Shown one piece after another: positions 37,501-50,058 of a DNA stretch of 64,000 bases. Location of the stretch: the NCBI RefSeq assembly GCF_009914755.1, contig NC_060948.1; one strand, written 5' to 3'. This DNA is from the human T2T-CHM13v2.0 reference genome, Homo sapiens. The translations under genes and the position numbers were made by a program. The notes under the pieces are model-generated. The model ran no database searches. It was not told the DNA's origin and was given only the letters and a program-made list of their open reading frames with translations. The first letter of the stretch is position 1. Each line of letters opens with the position of its first letter.

Positions 37501-40500
37501 GAGTGGAATCAAATGGAATTGAATCGAAAGGAAAGGAAGCGAATGGACTGAAATGAAATGGAATGGATTTGAATGGAAAGTAATGCAATGGAATAGAATG
37601 GAACGAAATTTCACGGAATGGAATCAAACTGAATGGAATCAAATCAATGGAATCAAATCAAATGGAATGGAAAGGAATTGAATGGAGTAGATGGGATTGG
37701 ATGGGATTGGAATGAAATGTACTGCAAAGGACTCGAATTTCATGAAAAGGAATGGAATGAATTGGAACGGAATGGACTCGAATGGAATGGAATGTCATGG
37801 GATGGCATCAAATGGAATGGCATCAAATGGAATGGAATCGAATGCAATGGAATGCTATGGAATGGAATGGAATGCATTGGAATGGAATGTCCTCTAATGA
37901 AATGGATTCGAGTGGAATGGAATTGAATATAATGGAGTCGAATGAAATGGAATTGAAAGGAATGGGATCGAATACAATGGAATATACTGGAATGTAACGT
38001 AATGAACTCGAATGTAATTGACTGGAATGGAATGTACATGAATGGAATGTAATCGAATGGAAAGTAATCCAATGGAATAGAATCTAATGCAATAAAATCG
38101 ACTCAGATAGAGTAGAATGTAATGGAATGGAGTGCAGTGCAATGGAATGGAATGGAATGGAATGCAATGGAATGGAATGGAATGGAATGGAATGGAATGG
38201 AATGGAATGGGATGGAATGGTATGGAATGGTTAGTAATGGACTGGAGTGAAATGGACTGGAAAGGAATGGACTCAAATTGAAAGGGCTCGAAAGGAATGG
38301 AGACAAATGGAATGGTCTGGAATGGAATGAACACGAATGTAATGCAACCCAATAGAATGGAATCGAATGGCATGGAATATAAAGAAATGGAATCGAAGAG
38401 AATGGAAACAAATGGAATGGAATTGAATGGAATGGAATTGAATGGAATGGGAACGAATGGAGTGAAATTGTATGCAGTAGAAGAGAATAGAATGGAATGC
38501 AAGCGAAAGGAAAGGAATGGATTGGAATGGAATGGAATTCATTGGAATGGAAGGGAATGTAGTGTAATGGACAGGCCTGGAATAAAGTGGAATGCTACGG
38601 TCTCGAATGGAATAAAAATGTATGGAATGGAATGCAATGAAACGGAATCGAATGTCATAGAATGTAATGGAATGCAAAAAAATGGAATCCAAAATCATTG
38701 ACTGGAAAGGCTGGGTGTCGAAAGGAATTGACTCCAATGGAATGGAATCGAATGGAATGGAAGTGAATAGAATCGAACTAAATCGAATGGAATGGAATTG
38801 ATAGGAACGGAATGGAAAGGAATGCAATGATTTGGCATGGAATGGAATCGAATGGCATCGAATGGAATGGAATGGAATGCAATGGAATGGAATGTATTAG
38901 AATGTAATGAACTTTAATGGAATGTACTCGAATGGATTCGACTGGAATGGAATGTTCTGGAAGTGAATGGACTCCAATGGAATGGATTCAAAAGGAATGG
39001 AATCGTACGGAATGGAATCTAATGGAATGGAATTAAATGGAAATGAATCAAATTGAATAGCACGGAATTGAATTGAATGGAATGGAATGCAATGGAATCT
39101 AATGAAACGGAAAGGAAAGGAATGGAATGGAATGGAATGGGCTGGAATGGAAAGGAATCGAAATGAATGGAATGGAATCGAACTGAAGAGACTGGAATGG
39201 AATGCACTGGAATGGAAGGGAGTGTAATGGAAGGTTCTCGAAAAAAATGGAATCGAATGGAATGGAATTGAATGGAACGGAATAGAGTCGAATGGAATTG
39301 AATGGAATGGAATGGTCTAGAGTGAAATGGAATCGAACCACAAGGAATGGACAGGAATAGAATGGTCTCGAATTGAATGGAATCGTATGGAATGGCATCA
39401 AACGGAATGGAATGGACAGCCACGGAATGGAATGCACTCGAATGCAATGGAGTCGAAACTAATGGACTGGAATAGAATGGACTCGACTGGTACGGACTCC
39501 AATGGAATGGAATCGAATGGAAGGGAATCGAACGGAATGGAATCGAACGGAATGGACTCGAAGGGAAAAGACTGCAATGGAAAGGTCTCGAATGGAATGG
39601 AAATTAATGGAATGGAATGGAATCGAATGAAATGGAGTCAAAAGGAATGGAATCGAATGGCAAGAAATCGAATGTAATGGAATCGCCAGGAATTGATGTG
39701 AACGGAACGGAATGGAATGGAATCCAAAGGAATGGAATAGAATGGAATGGAATCGAATGGAAAGGACTCGAATGGAAATCACTCGAATAGAATGCAATTT
39801 AATAAAATAGGATCAAATGTAATGGAATGGAATGGAAAGGAATCGAAACGAAAGGAATGGAGACAGATGGAATGGAATGGAACAGAGAGCAATGGTATAG
39901 AATGGAATGGAATCATCTGGAATGGAATTGAATGGAATGGAATAATATGAAATGGAATGGAATGGAATGGAATGGAATGCCCTTGAATTAAATGGACTGG
40001 AATGGAATGGACTCAAACAGAGTGGAATGGAAAGTGTGGAGATAGAATGGAATGAACTCCTTTGGAATGGTGTAGTATGCAATGCAATCGACTGGCAGGG
40101 AATCAAAAGGAATGTAATCGAATGGATTGGACTGGAAGGCAATGGACTCGAATAGATTGGAAACGGAATGCAAAGGAATGGAATGGAATAGTATGGAATG
40201 CAATGGAAGGGAATGGAGTGGAATAGACTAGAGTGGAATGGAATGGACTGGAAAGCAATGGACTGGAATGGAACTTTCTTGGATGGACTGGAATCAAACG
40301 GAATGGAATGCAGAGCAATCAAATGGCATGGAATAAAATAGAATGAAAGAGAATCAAATGGAATTGAATCGAATGGAATCGAATGGATTGGAAAGGAATA
40401 GAATGGAATGGAATGGAATTGACTCAAATGGAATGGACTAGAATGGAATGGATTCGAATGGAAGGCAAAGGAATGGAATCTATTGGAATGGACTGTAATG

Positions 40501-42890
40501 GAATGGAATGGAAGGGATTGGAATGGACTCGAATGGAATGGACTGCAATAGAAAGGATTCGAATGGAATGAAAAAGAATTGAATGGAATAGGACAGAATG
40601 GAATCAAATCGAATGAAATGGAATGGAATAGAAAGGAATGGAATGAAATGGAATGGAAAGGATTCGAATGGAATGCAATCGAATGGAATGGAATCGAACG
40701 GAATGGAATAAAATGGAAGAAAACTGGCAAGAAATGGAATCGAAATGAATGGAGTGTTATGGAACGGACTCAAAAGGAATTGAATGTAATAGAATGGAGT
40801 GGAGTGGACTCGAATATAATGGACTGGAATGGAATGAAATCACATGGAATGGGAACGAATGGAATGGAATGGAAAGGAATCGAATGGAAGGGAATGAAAT
40901 TGAATCAACACGAATGGAAGGGAATAGAATAGACTGTAATGGAATGGACTCGAATAGAATGGACACGAATGCTCAAATTAAATGGACTCGAATGGAATGG
41001 AAACGAAAGGAATGTCATCGAATGGAATTGAATCGATTGGAATGAAATCGCATAGAATGGAGTGGAATCAAATGGAATTGAATCGAAAGGAAAGGAAGCG
41101 AATGGACTGAAATGAAATGGAATGGAATTGAATGGAAAGTAATGCAATGGAATAGAATGGAACGAAATTTCACGGAATGGAATCAAACTGAATGGAATCA
41201 AATCAATGGAATCAAATCAAATGGAATGGAAAGGAATTGAATGGAGTAGATGGGATTGGATGGGATTGGAATGAAATGTACTGGAAAGGACTCGAATTTC
41301 ATGAAACGGAATGGAATGAATTGGAACGGAATGGACTCGAATGGAATGGAATGTCATGGGAAGGCATCAAATGGAAGGACATCAAATGGAATGGAATCGA
41401 ATGCAATGGAATGCTATGGAATGGAATGGAATGCATTGGAATGGAATGTCCTCTAAAGGAATGGATTCGAGTGGAATGGAATTGAATATAATGGAGTCGA
41501 ATGAAATGGAATTGAAAGGAATGGGATCGAATACAATGGAATATACTGGAATGTAACGTAATGAACTCGAATGTAATTGACTGGAATGGAATGTACATGA
41601 ATGGAATGTAATCGAATGGAAAGTAATCCAATGGAATAGAATCTAATGCAATAAAATCGACTCAGATAGAGTAGAATGTAATGGAATGGAGTGCAGGGCA
41701 ATGGAATGGAATGGAATGGAATGCAATGGAATGGAATGGAATGGAATGGAATGGAATGGAATGGAATGGAATGGGATGGAATGGTATGGAATGGATAGTA
41801 ATGGACTGGAGTGAAATGGACTGGAAAGGAATGGACTCAAATTGAAAGGGCTCGAAAGGAATGGAGTCAAATGGAATGGTCTGGAATGGAATGAACACGA
41901 ATGTAATGCAACCCAATAGAATGGAATCGAATGGCATGGAATATAAAGAAATGGAATCGAAGAGAATGGAAACAAATGGAATGGAATTGAATGGAATGGA
42001 ATTGAATGGAATGGGAACGAATGGAGTGAAATTGTATGCAGTAGAAGGGAATAGAATGCAATGCAAGCGAAAGGAAAGGAATGGATTGGAATGGAATGGA
42101 ATTCATTGGAATGGAAGGGAATGTAGTGTAATGGACAGGCCTGGAATAAAGTGGAATGCTACGGTCTCGAATGGAATAAAAATGTATGGAATGGAATGCA
42201 ATGAAACGGAATTGAATGTCATAGAATGTAATGGAATGCAAAAAAATGGAATCCAAAATCATTGACTGGAAAGGCTGGGTGTCGAAAGGAATTGACTCCA
42301 ATGGAATGGAATCGAATGGAATGGAAGTGAATAGAATCGAACTAAATCGAATGGAATGGAATTGATAGGAACGGAATGGAAAGGAATGCAATGATTTGGC
42401 ATGGAATGGAATCGAATGGCATCGAATGGAATGGAATGGAATGCAATGGAATGGAATGTATTAGAATGTAATGAACTTTAATGGAATGTACTCGAATGGA
42501 TTCGACTGGAATGGAATGTTGTGGAAGTGAATGGACTCCAATGGAATGGATTCAAAAGGAATGGAATCGTACGGAATGGAATCTAATGGAATGGAATTAA
42601 ATGGAAATGAATCAAATTGAATAGCACGGAATTGAATTGAATGGAATGGAATGCAATGGAATCTAATGAAACGGAAAGGAAAGGAATGGAATGGAATGGA
42701 ATGGGCTGGAATGGAAAGGAATCGAAACGAATGGAATGGAATCGAACTGAAGAGACTGGAATGGAATGCACTGGAATGGAAGGGAGTGTAATGGAAGGTT
42801 GTCGAAAAAAATGGAATCGAATGGAATGGAATTGAATGGAACGGAATAGAGTCGAATGGAATTGAATGGAATGGAATGGACTAGAGTGAA
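28594..42890 (+). repeat. DYZ1 units U9-U12 (3584, 3570, 3579, 3564 bp) forming a duplicated dimer (U9U10)(U11U12)
   Basis: Private alleles recur at offsets of 7149-7154 bp. Confidence 0.9.
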
Positions 42891-45800
42891 ATGGAATCGA
42901 ACCACAAGGAATGGACAGGAATAGAATGGTCTCGAATTGAATGGAATCGTATGGAATGGCATCAAACGGAATGGAATGGACAGCCACGGAATGGAATGCA
43001 CTCGAATGCAATGGAGTCGAAACTAATGGACTGGAATAGAATGGACTCGACTGGTACGGACTCCAATGGAATGGAATCGAATGGAAGGGAATCGAACGGA
43101 AGGGAATCGAACGGAATGGACTCGAAGGGAAAAGACTGCAATGGAAAGGTCTCGAATGGAATGGAAATTAATGGAATGGAATCGAATCGAATGAAATGGA
43201 GTCAAAAGGAATGGAATCGAATGGCAAGAAATCGAATGTAATGGAATCGCCAGGAATTGATGTGAACGGAACGGAATGGAATGGAATCCAAAGGAATGGA
43301 ATAGAATGGAATGGAATCGAATGGAAAGGACTCGAATGGAAATCACTCGAATAGAATGCAATTTAATAAAATAGGATCAAATGTAATGGAATGGAATGGA
43401 AAGGAATCGAAACGAAAGGAATGGAGACAGATGGAATGGAATGGAACAGAGAGCAATGGTATAGAATGGAATGGAATCATCTGGAATGGAATTGAATGGA
43501 ATGGAATAATATGAAATGGAATGGAATGGAATGGAATGGAATGCCCTTGAATTAAATGGACTGGAATGGAATGGACTCAAACAGAGTGGAATGGAAAGTG
43601 TGGAGATAGAATGGAATGAACTCCTTTGGAATGGTGTAGTATGCAATGCAATCGACTGGCAGGGAATCAAAAGGAATGTAATCGAATGGATTGGACTGGA
43701 ATGCAATGGACTCGAATAGATTGGAAACGGAATGCAAAGGAATGGAATGGAATAGTATGGAATGCAATGGAAGGGAATGGAGTGGAATAGACTAGAGTGG
43801 AATGGAATGGACTGGAAATCAATGGACTGGAATGGAACTTTCTTGGATGGACTGGAATCAAACGGAATGGAATGCAATGCAATCAAATGGCATGGAATAA
43901 AATAGAATGAAAGAGAATCAAATGGAATTGAATCGAATGGAATCGAATGGATTGGAAAGGAATAGAATGGAATGGAATGGAATTGACTCAAATGGAATGG
44001 ACTAGAATGGAATGGATTCGAATGGAAGGCAAAGGAATGGAATCTATTGGAATGGACTGTAATGGAATGGAATGGAAGGGATTGGAATGTACTCGAATGG
44101 AGTGGACTGCAATAGAAAGGATTCGAATGGAATGAAAAAGAATTGAATGGAATAGAACAGAATGGAATCAAATCGAATGAAATGGAATGGAATAGAAAGG
44201 AATGGAATGAAATGGAATGGAAAGGATTCGAATGGAATGCAATCGAATGGAATGGAATCGAACGGAATGGAATAAAATGGAAGAAAACTGGCAAGAAATG
44301 GAATCGAAATGAATGGAGTGTTATGGAACGGACTCAAAAGGAATTGAGTGTAATAGAATGGAGTGGAGTGGACTCGAATATAATGGACTGGAATGGAATG
44401 AAATCACATGGAATGGGAACGAATGGAATGGAATGGAAAGGAATGGAATCGAATGGAAAGGAATCGAATGGAAGGGAATGAAATTGAATCAACAGGAATG
44501 GAAGGGAATAGAATAGACTGTAATGGAATGGACTCGAATAGAATGGACACGAATGCTCAAATTAAATGGACTCGAATGGAATGGAAAGGAAAGGAATGTC
44601 ATCGAATGGAATTGAATCGATTGGAATGAAATCGCATAGAATGGAGTGGAATCAAATGGAATTGAATCGAAAGGAAAGGAAGCGAATGGACTGAAATGAA
44701 ATGGAATGGATTTGAATGGAAAGTAATGCAATGGAATAGAATGGAACGAAATTTCACGGAATGGAATCAAACTGAATGGAATCAAATCAATGGAATCAAA
44801 TCAAATGGAATGGAAAGGAATTGAATGGAGTAGATGGGATTGGATGGGATTGGAATGAAATGTACTGCAAAGGACTCGAATTTCATGAAACGGAATGGAA
44901 TGAATTGGAACGGAATGGACTCGAATGGAATGGAATGTCATGGGATGGCATCAAATGGAATGGCATCAAATGGAATGGAATCGAATGCAATGGAATGCTA
45001 TGGAATGGAATGGAATGCATTGGAATGGAATGTCCTCTAATGAAATGGATTCGAGTGGAATGGAATTGAATATAATGGAGTCGAATGAAATGGAATTGAA
45101 AGGAATGGGATCGAATACAATGGAATATACTGGAATGTAACGTAATGAACTCGAATGTAATTGACTGGAATGGAATGTACATGAATGGAATGTAATCGAA
45201 TGGAAAGTAATCCAATGGAATAGAATCTAATGCAATAAAATCGACTCAGATAGAGTAGAATGTAATGGAATGGAGTGCAGTGCAATGGAATGGAATGGAA
45301 TGGAATGCAATGGAATGGAATGGAATGGAATGGAATGGAATGGAATGGAATGGAATGGGATGGAATGGTATGGAATGGATAGTAATGGACTGGAGTGAAA
45401 TGGACTGGAAAGGAATGGACTCAAATTGAAAGGGCTCGAAAGGAATGGAGTCAAATGGAATGGTCTGGAATGGAATGAACACGAATGTAATGCAACCCAA
45501 TAGAATGGAATCGAATGGCATGGAATATAAAGAAATGGAATCGAAGAGAATGGAAACAAATGGAATGGAATTGAATGGAATGGAATTGAATGGAATGGGA
45601 ACGAATGGAGTGAAATTGTATGCAGTAGAAGAGAATAGAATGGAATGCAAGCGAAAGGAAAGGAATGGATTGGAATGGAATGGAATTCATTGGAATGGAA
45701 GGGAATGTAGTGTAATGGACAGGCCTGGAATAAAGTGGAATGCTACGGTCTCGAATGGAATAAAAATGTATGGAATGGAATGCAATGAAACGGAATCGAA

Positions 45801-48800
45801 TGTCATAGAATGTAATGGAATGCAAAAAAATGGAATCCAAAATCATTGACTGGAAAGGCTGGGTGTCGAAAGGAATTGACTCCAATGGAATGGAATCGAA
45901 TGGAATGGAAGTGAATAGAATCGAACTAAATCGAATGGAATGGAATTGATAGGAACGGAATGGAAAGGAATGCAATGATTTGGCATGGAATGGAATCGAA
46001 TGGCATCGAATGGAATGGAATGGAATGCAATGGAATGGAATGTATTAGAATGTAATGAACTTTAATGGAATGTACTCGAATGGATTCGACTGGAATGGAA
46101 TGTTCTGGAAGTGAATGGACTCCAATGGAATGGATTCAAAAGGAATGGAATCGTACGGAATGGAATCTAATGGAATGGAATTAAATGGAAATGAATCAAA
46201 TTGAATAGCACGGAATTGAATTGAATGGAATGGAATGCAATGGAATCTAATGAAACGGAAAGGAAAGGAATGGAATGGAATGGAATGGGCTGGAATGGAA
46301 AGGAATCGAAACGAATGGAATGGAATCGAACTGAAGAGACTGGAATGGAATGCACTGGAATGGAAGGGAGTGTAATGGAAGGTTCTCGAAAAAAATGGAA
46401 TCGAATGGAATGGAATTGAATGGAACGGAATAGAGTCGAATGGAATTGAATGGAATGGAATGGACTAGAGTGAAATGGAATCGAACCAGAAGGAATGGAC
46501 AGGAATAGAATGGTCTCGAATTGAATGGAATCGTATGGAATGGCATCAAACGGAATGGAATGGACAGCCACGGAATGGAATGCACTCGAATGCAATGGAG
46601 TCGAAACTAATGGACTGGAATAGAATGGACTCGACTGGTACGGACTCCAATGGAATGGAATCGAATGGAAGGGAATCGAACGGAAGGGAATCGAACGGAA
46701 TGGACTCGAAGGGAAAAGACTGCAATGGAAAGGTCTCGAATGGAATTGAAATTAATGGAATGGAATGGAATCGAATGAAATGGAGTCAAAAGGAATGGAA
46801 TCGAATGGCAAGAAATCGAATGTAATGGAATCGCCCGGAATTGATGTGAACGGAACGGAATGGAATGGAATCCAAAGGAATGGAATAGAATGGAATGGAA
46901 TCGAATGGAAAGGACTCGAATGGAAATCACTCGAATAGAATGCAATTTAATAAAATAGGATCAAATGTAATGGAATGGAATGGAAAGGAATCGAAACGAA
47001 AGGAATGGAGACAGATGGAATGGAATGGAACAGAGAGCAATGGTATAGAATGGAATGGAATCATCTGGAATGGAATTGAATGGAATGGAATAATATGAAA
47101 TGGAATGGAATGGAATGGAATGGAATGCCCTTGAATTAAATGGACTGGAATGGAATGGACTCAAACAGAGTGGAATGGAAAGTGTGGAGATAGAATGGAA
47201 TGAACTCCTTTGGAATGGTGTAGTATGCAATGCAATCGACTGGCAGGGAATCAAAAGGAATGTAATCGAATGGATTGAACTGGAATGCAATGGACTCGAA
47301 TAGATTGGAAACGGAATGCAAAGGAATGGAATGGAATAGTATGGAATGCAATGGAAGGGAATGGAGTGGAATAGACTAGAGTGGAATGGAATGGACTGGA
47401 AAGCAATGGACTGGAATGGAACTTTCTTGGATGGACTGGAATCAAACGGAATGGAATGCAATGCAATCAAATGGCATGGAATAAAATAGAATGAAAGAGA
47501 ATCAAATGGAATTGAATCGAATGGAATCGAATGGATTGGAAAGGAATAGAATGGAATGGAATGGAATTGACTCAAATGGAATGGACTAGAATGGAATGGA
47601 TTCGAATGGAAGGCAAAGGAATGGAATCTATTGGAATGGACTGTAATGGAATGGAATGGAAGGGATTGGAATGGACTCGAATGGAATGGACTGCAATAGA
47701 AAGGATTCGAATGGAATGAAAAAGAATTGAATGGAATAGAACAGAATGGAATCAAATCGAATGAAATGGAATGGAATAGAAAGGAATGGAATGAAATGGA
47801 ATGGAAAGGATTCGAATGGAATGCAATCGAATGGAATGGAATCGAACGGAATGGAATAAAATGGAAGAAAACTGGCAAGAAATGGAATCGAAATGAATGG
47901 AGTGTTATGGAACGGACTCAAAAGGAATTGAATGTAATAGAATGGAGTGGAGTGGACTCGAATATAATGGAGTGGAATGGAATGAAATCACATGGAATGG
48001 GAACGAATGGAATGGAATGGAAAGGAATGGAATCGAATGGAAAGGAATCGAATGGAAGGGAATGAAATTGAATCAACACGAATGGAAGGGAATAGAATAG
48101 AGTGTAATGGAATGGACTCGAATAGAATGGACACGAATGCTCAAATTAAATGGACTCGAATGGAATGGAAACGAAAGGAATGTCATCGAATGGAATTGAA
48201 TCGATTGGAATGAAATCGCATAGAATGGAGTGGAATCAAATGGAATTGAATCGAAAGGAAAGGAAGCGAATGGACTGAAATGAAATGGAATGGAATTGAA
48301 TGGAAAGTAATGCAATGGAATAGAATGGAACGAAATTTCACGGAATGGAATCAAACTGAATGGAATCAAATCAATGGAATCAAATCAAATGGAATGGAAA
48401 GGAATTGAATGGAGTAGATGGGATTGGATGGGATTGGAATGAAATGTACTGGAAAGGACTCGAATTTCATGAAACGGAATGGAATGAATTGGAACGGAAT
48501 GGACTCGAATGGAATGGAATGTCATGGGATGGCATCAAATGGAATGGCATCAAATGGAATGGAATCGAATGCAATGGAATGCTATGGATTGGAATGGAAT
48601 GCATTGGAATGGAATGTCCTCTAATGGAATGGATTCGAGTGGAATGGAATTGAATATAATGGAGTCGAATGAAATGGAATTGAAAGGAATGGGATCGAAT
48701 ACAATGGAATATACTGGAATGTAACGTAATGAACTCGAATGTAATTGACTGGAATGGAATGTACATGAATGGAATGTAATCGAATGGAAAGTAATCCAAT

Positions 48801-50058
48801 GGAATAGAATCTAATGCAATAAAATCGACTCAGATAGAGTAGAATGTAATGGAATGGAGTGCAGTGCAATGGAATGGAATGGAATGGAATGCAATGGAAT
48901 GGAATGGAATGGAATGGAATGGAATGGAATGGAATGGAATGGGATGGAATGGTATGGAATGGATAGTAATGGACTGGAGTGAAATGGACTGGAAAGGAAT
49001 GGACTCAAATTGAAAGGGCTCGAAAGGAATGGAGTCAAATGGAATGGTCTGGAATGGAATGAACACGAATGTAATGCAACCCAATAGAATGGAATCGAAT
49101 GGCATGGAATATAAAGAAATGGAATCGAAGAGAATGGAAACAAATGGAATGGAATTGAATGGAATGGAATTGAATGGAATGGGAACGAATGGAGTGAAAT
49201 TGTATGCAGTAGAAGAGAATAGAATGGAATGCAAGCGAAAGGAAAGGAATGGATTGGAATGGAATGGAATTCATTGGAATGGAAGGGAATGTAGTGTAAT
49301 GGACAGGCCTGGAATAAAGTGGAATGCTACGGTCTCGAATGGAATAAAAATGTATGGAATGGAATGCAATGAAACGGAATCGAATGTCATAGAATGTAAC
49401 GGAATGCAAAAAAATGGAATCCAAAATCATTGACTGGAAAGGCTGGGTGTCGAAAGGAATTGACTCCAATGGAATGGAATCGAATGGATTGGAAGTGAAT
49501 AGAATCGAACTAAATCGAATGGAATGGAATTGATAGGAACGGAATGGAAAGGAATGCAATGATTTGGCATGGAATGGAATCGAATGGCATCGAATGGAAT
49601 GGAATGGAATGCAATGGAATGGAATGTATTAGAATGTAATGAACTTTAATGGAATGTACTCGAATGGATTCGACTGGAATGGAATGTTCTGGAAGTGAAT
49701 GGACTCCAATGGAATGGATTCAAAAGGAATGGAATCGTACGGAATGGAATCTAATGGAATGGAATTAAATGGAAATGAATCAAATTGAATAGCACGGAAT
49801 TGAATTGAATGGAATGGAATGCAATGGAATCTAATGAAACGGAAAGGAAAGGAATGGAATGGAATGGAATGGGCTGGAATGGAAAGGAATCGAAACGAAT
49901 GGAATGGAATCGAACTGAAGAGACTGGAATGGAATGCACTGGAATGGAAGGGAGTGTAATGGAAGGTTCTCGAAAAAAATGGAATCGAATGGAATGGAAT
50001 TGAATGGAACGGAATAGAGTCGAATGGAATTGAATGGAATGGAATGGACTAGAGTGAA
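42891..50058 (+). repeat. DYZ1 units U13-U14 (3584 bp each), subfamily A
   Basis: Anchors at 42891 and 46475; A alleles. Confidence 0.9.
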
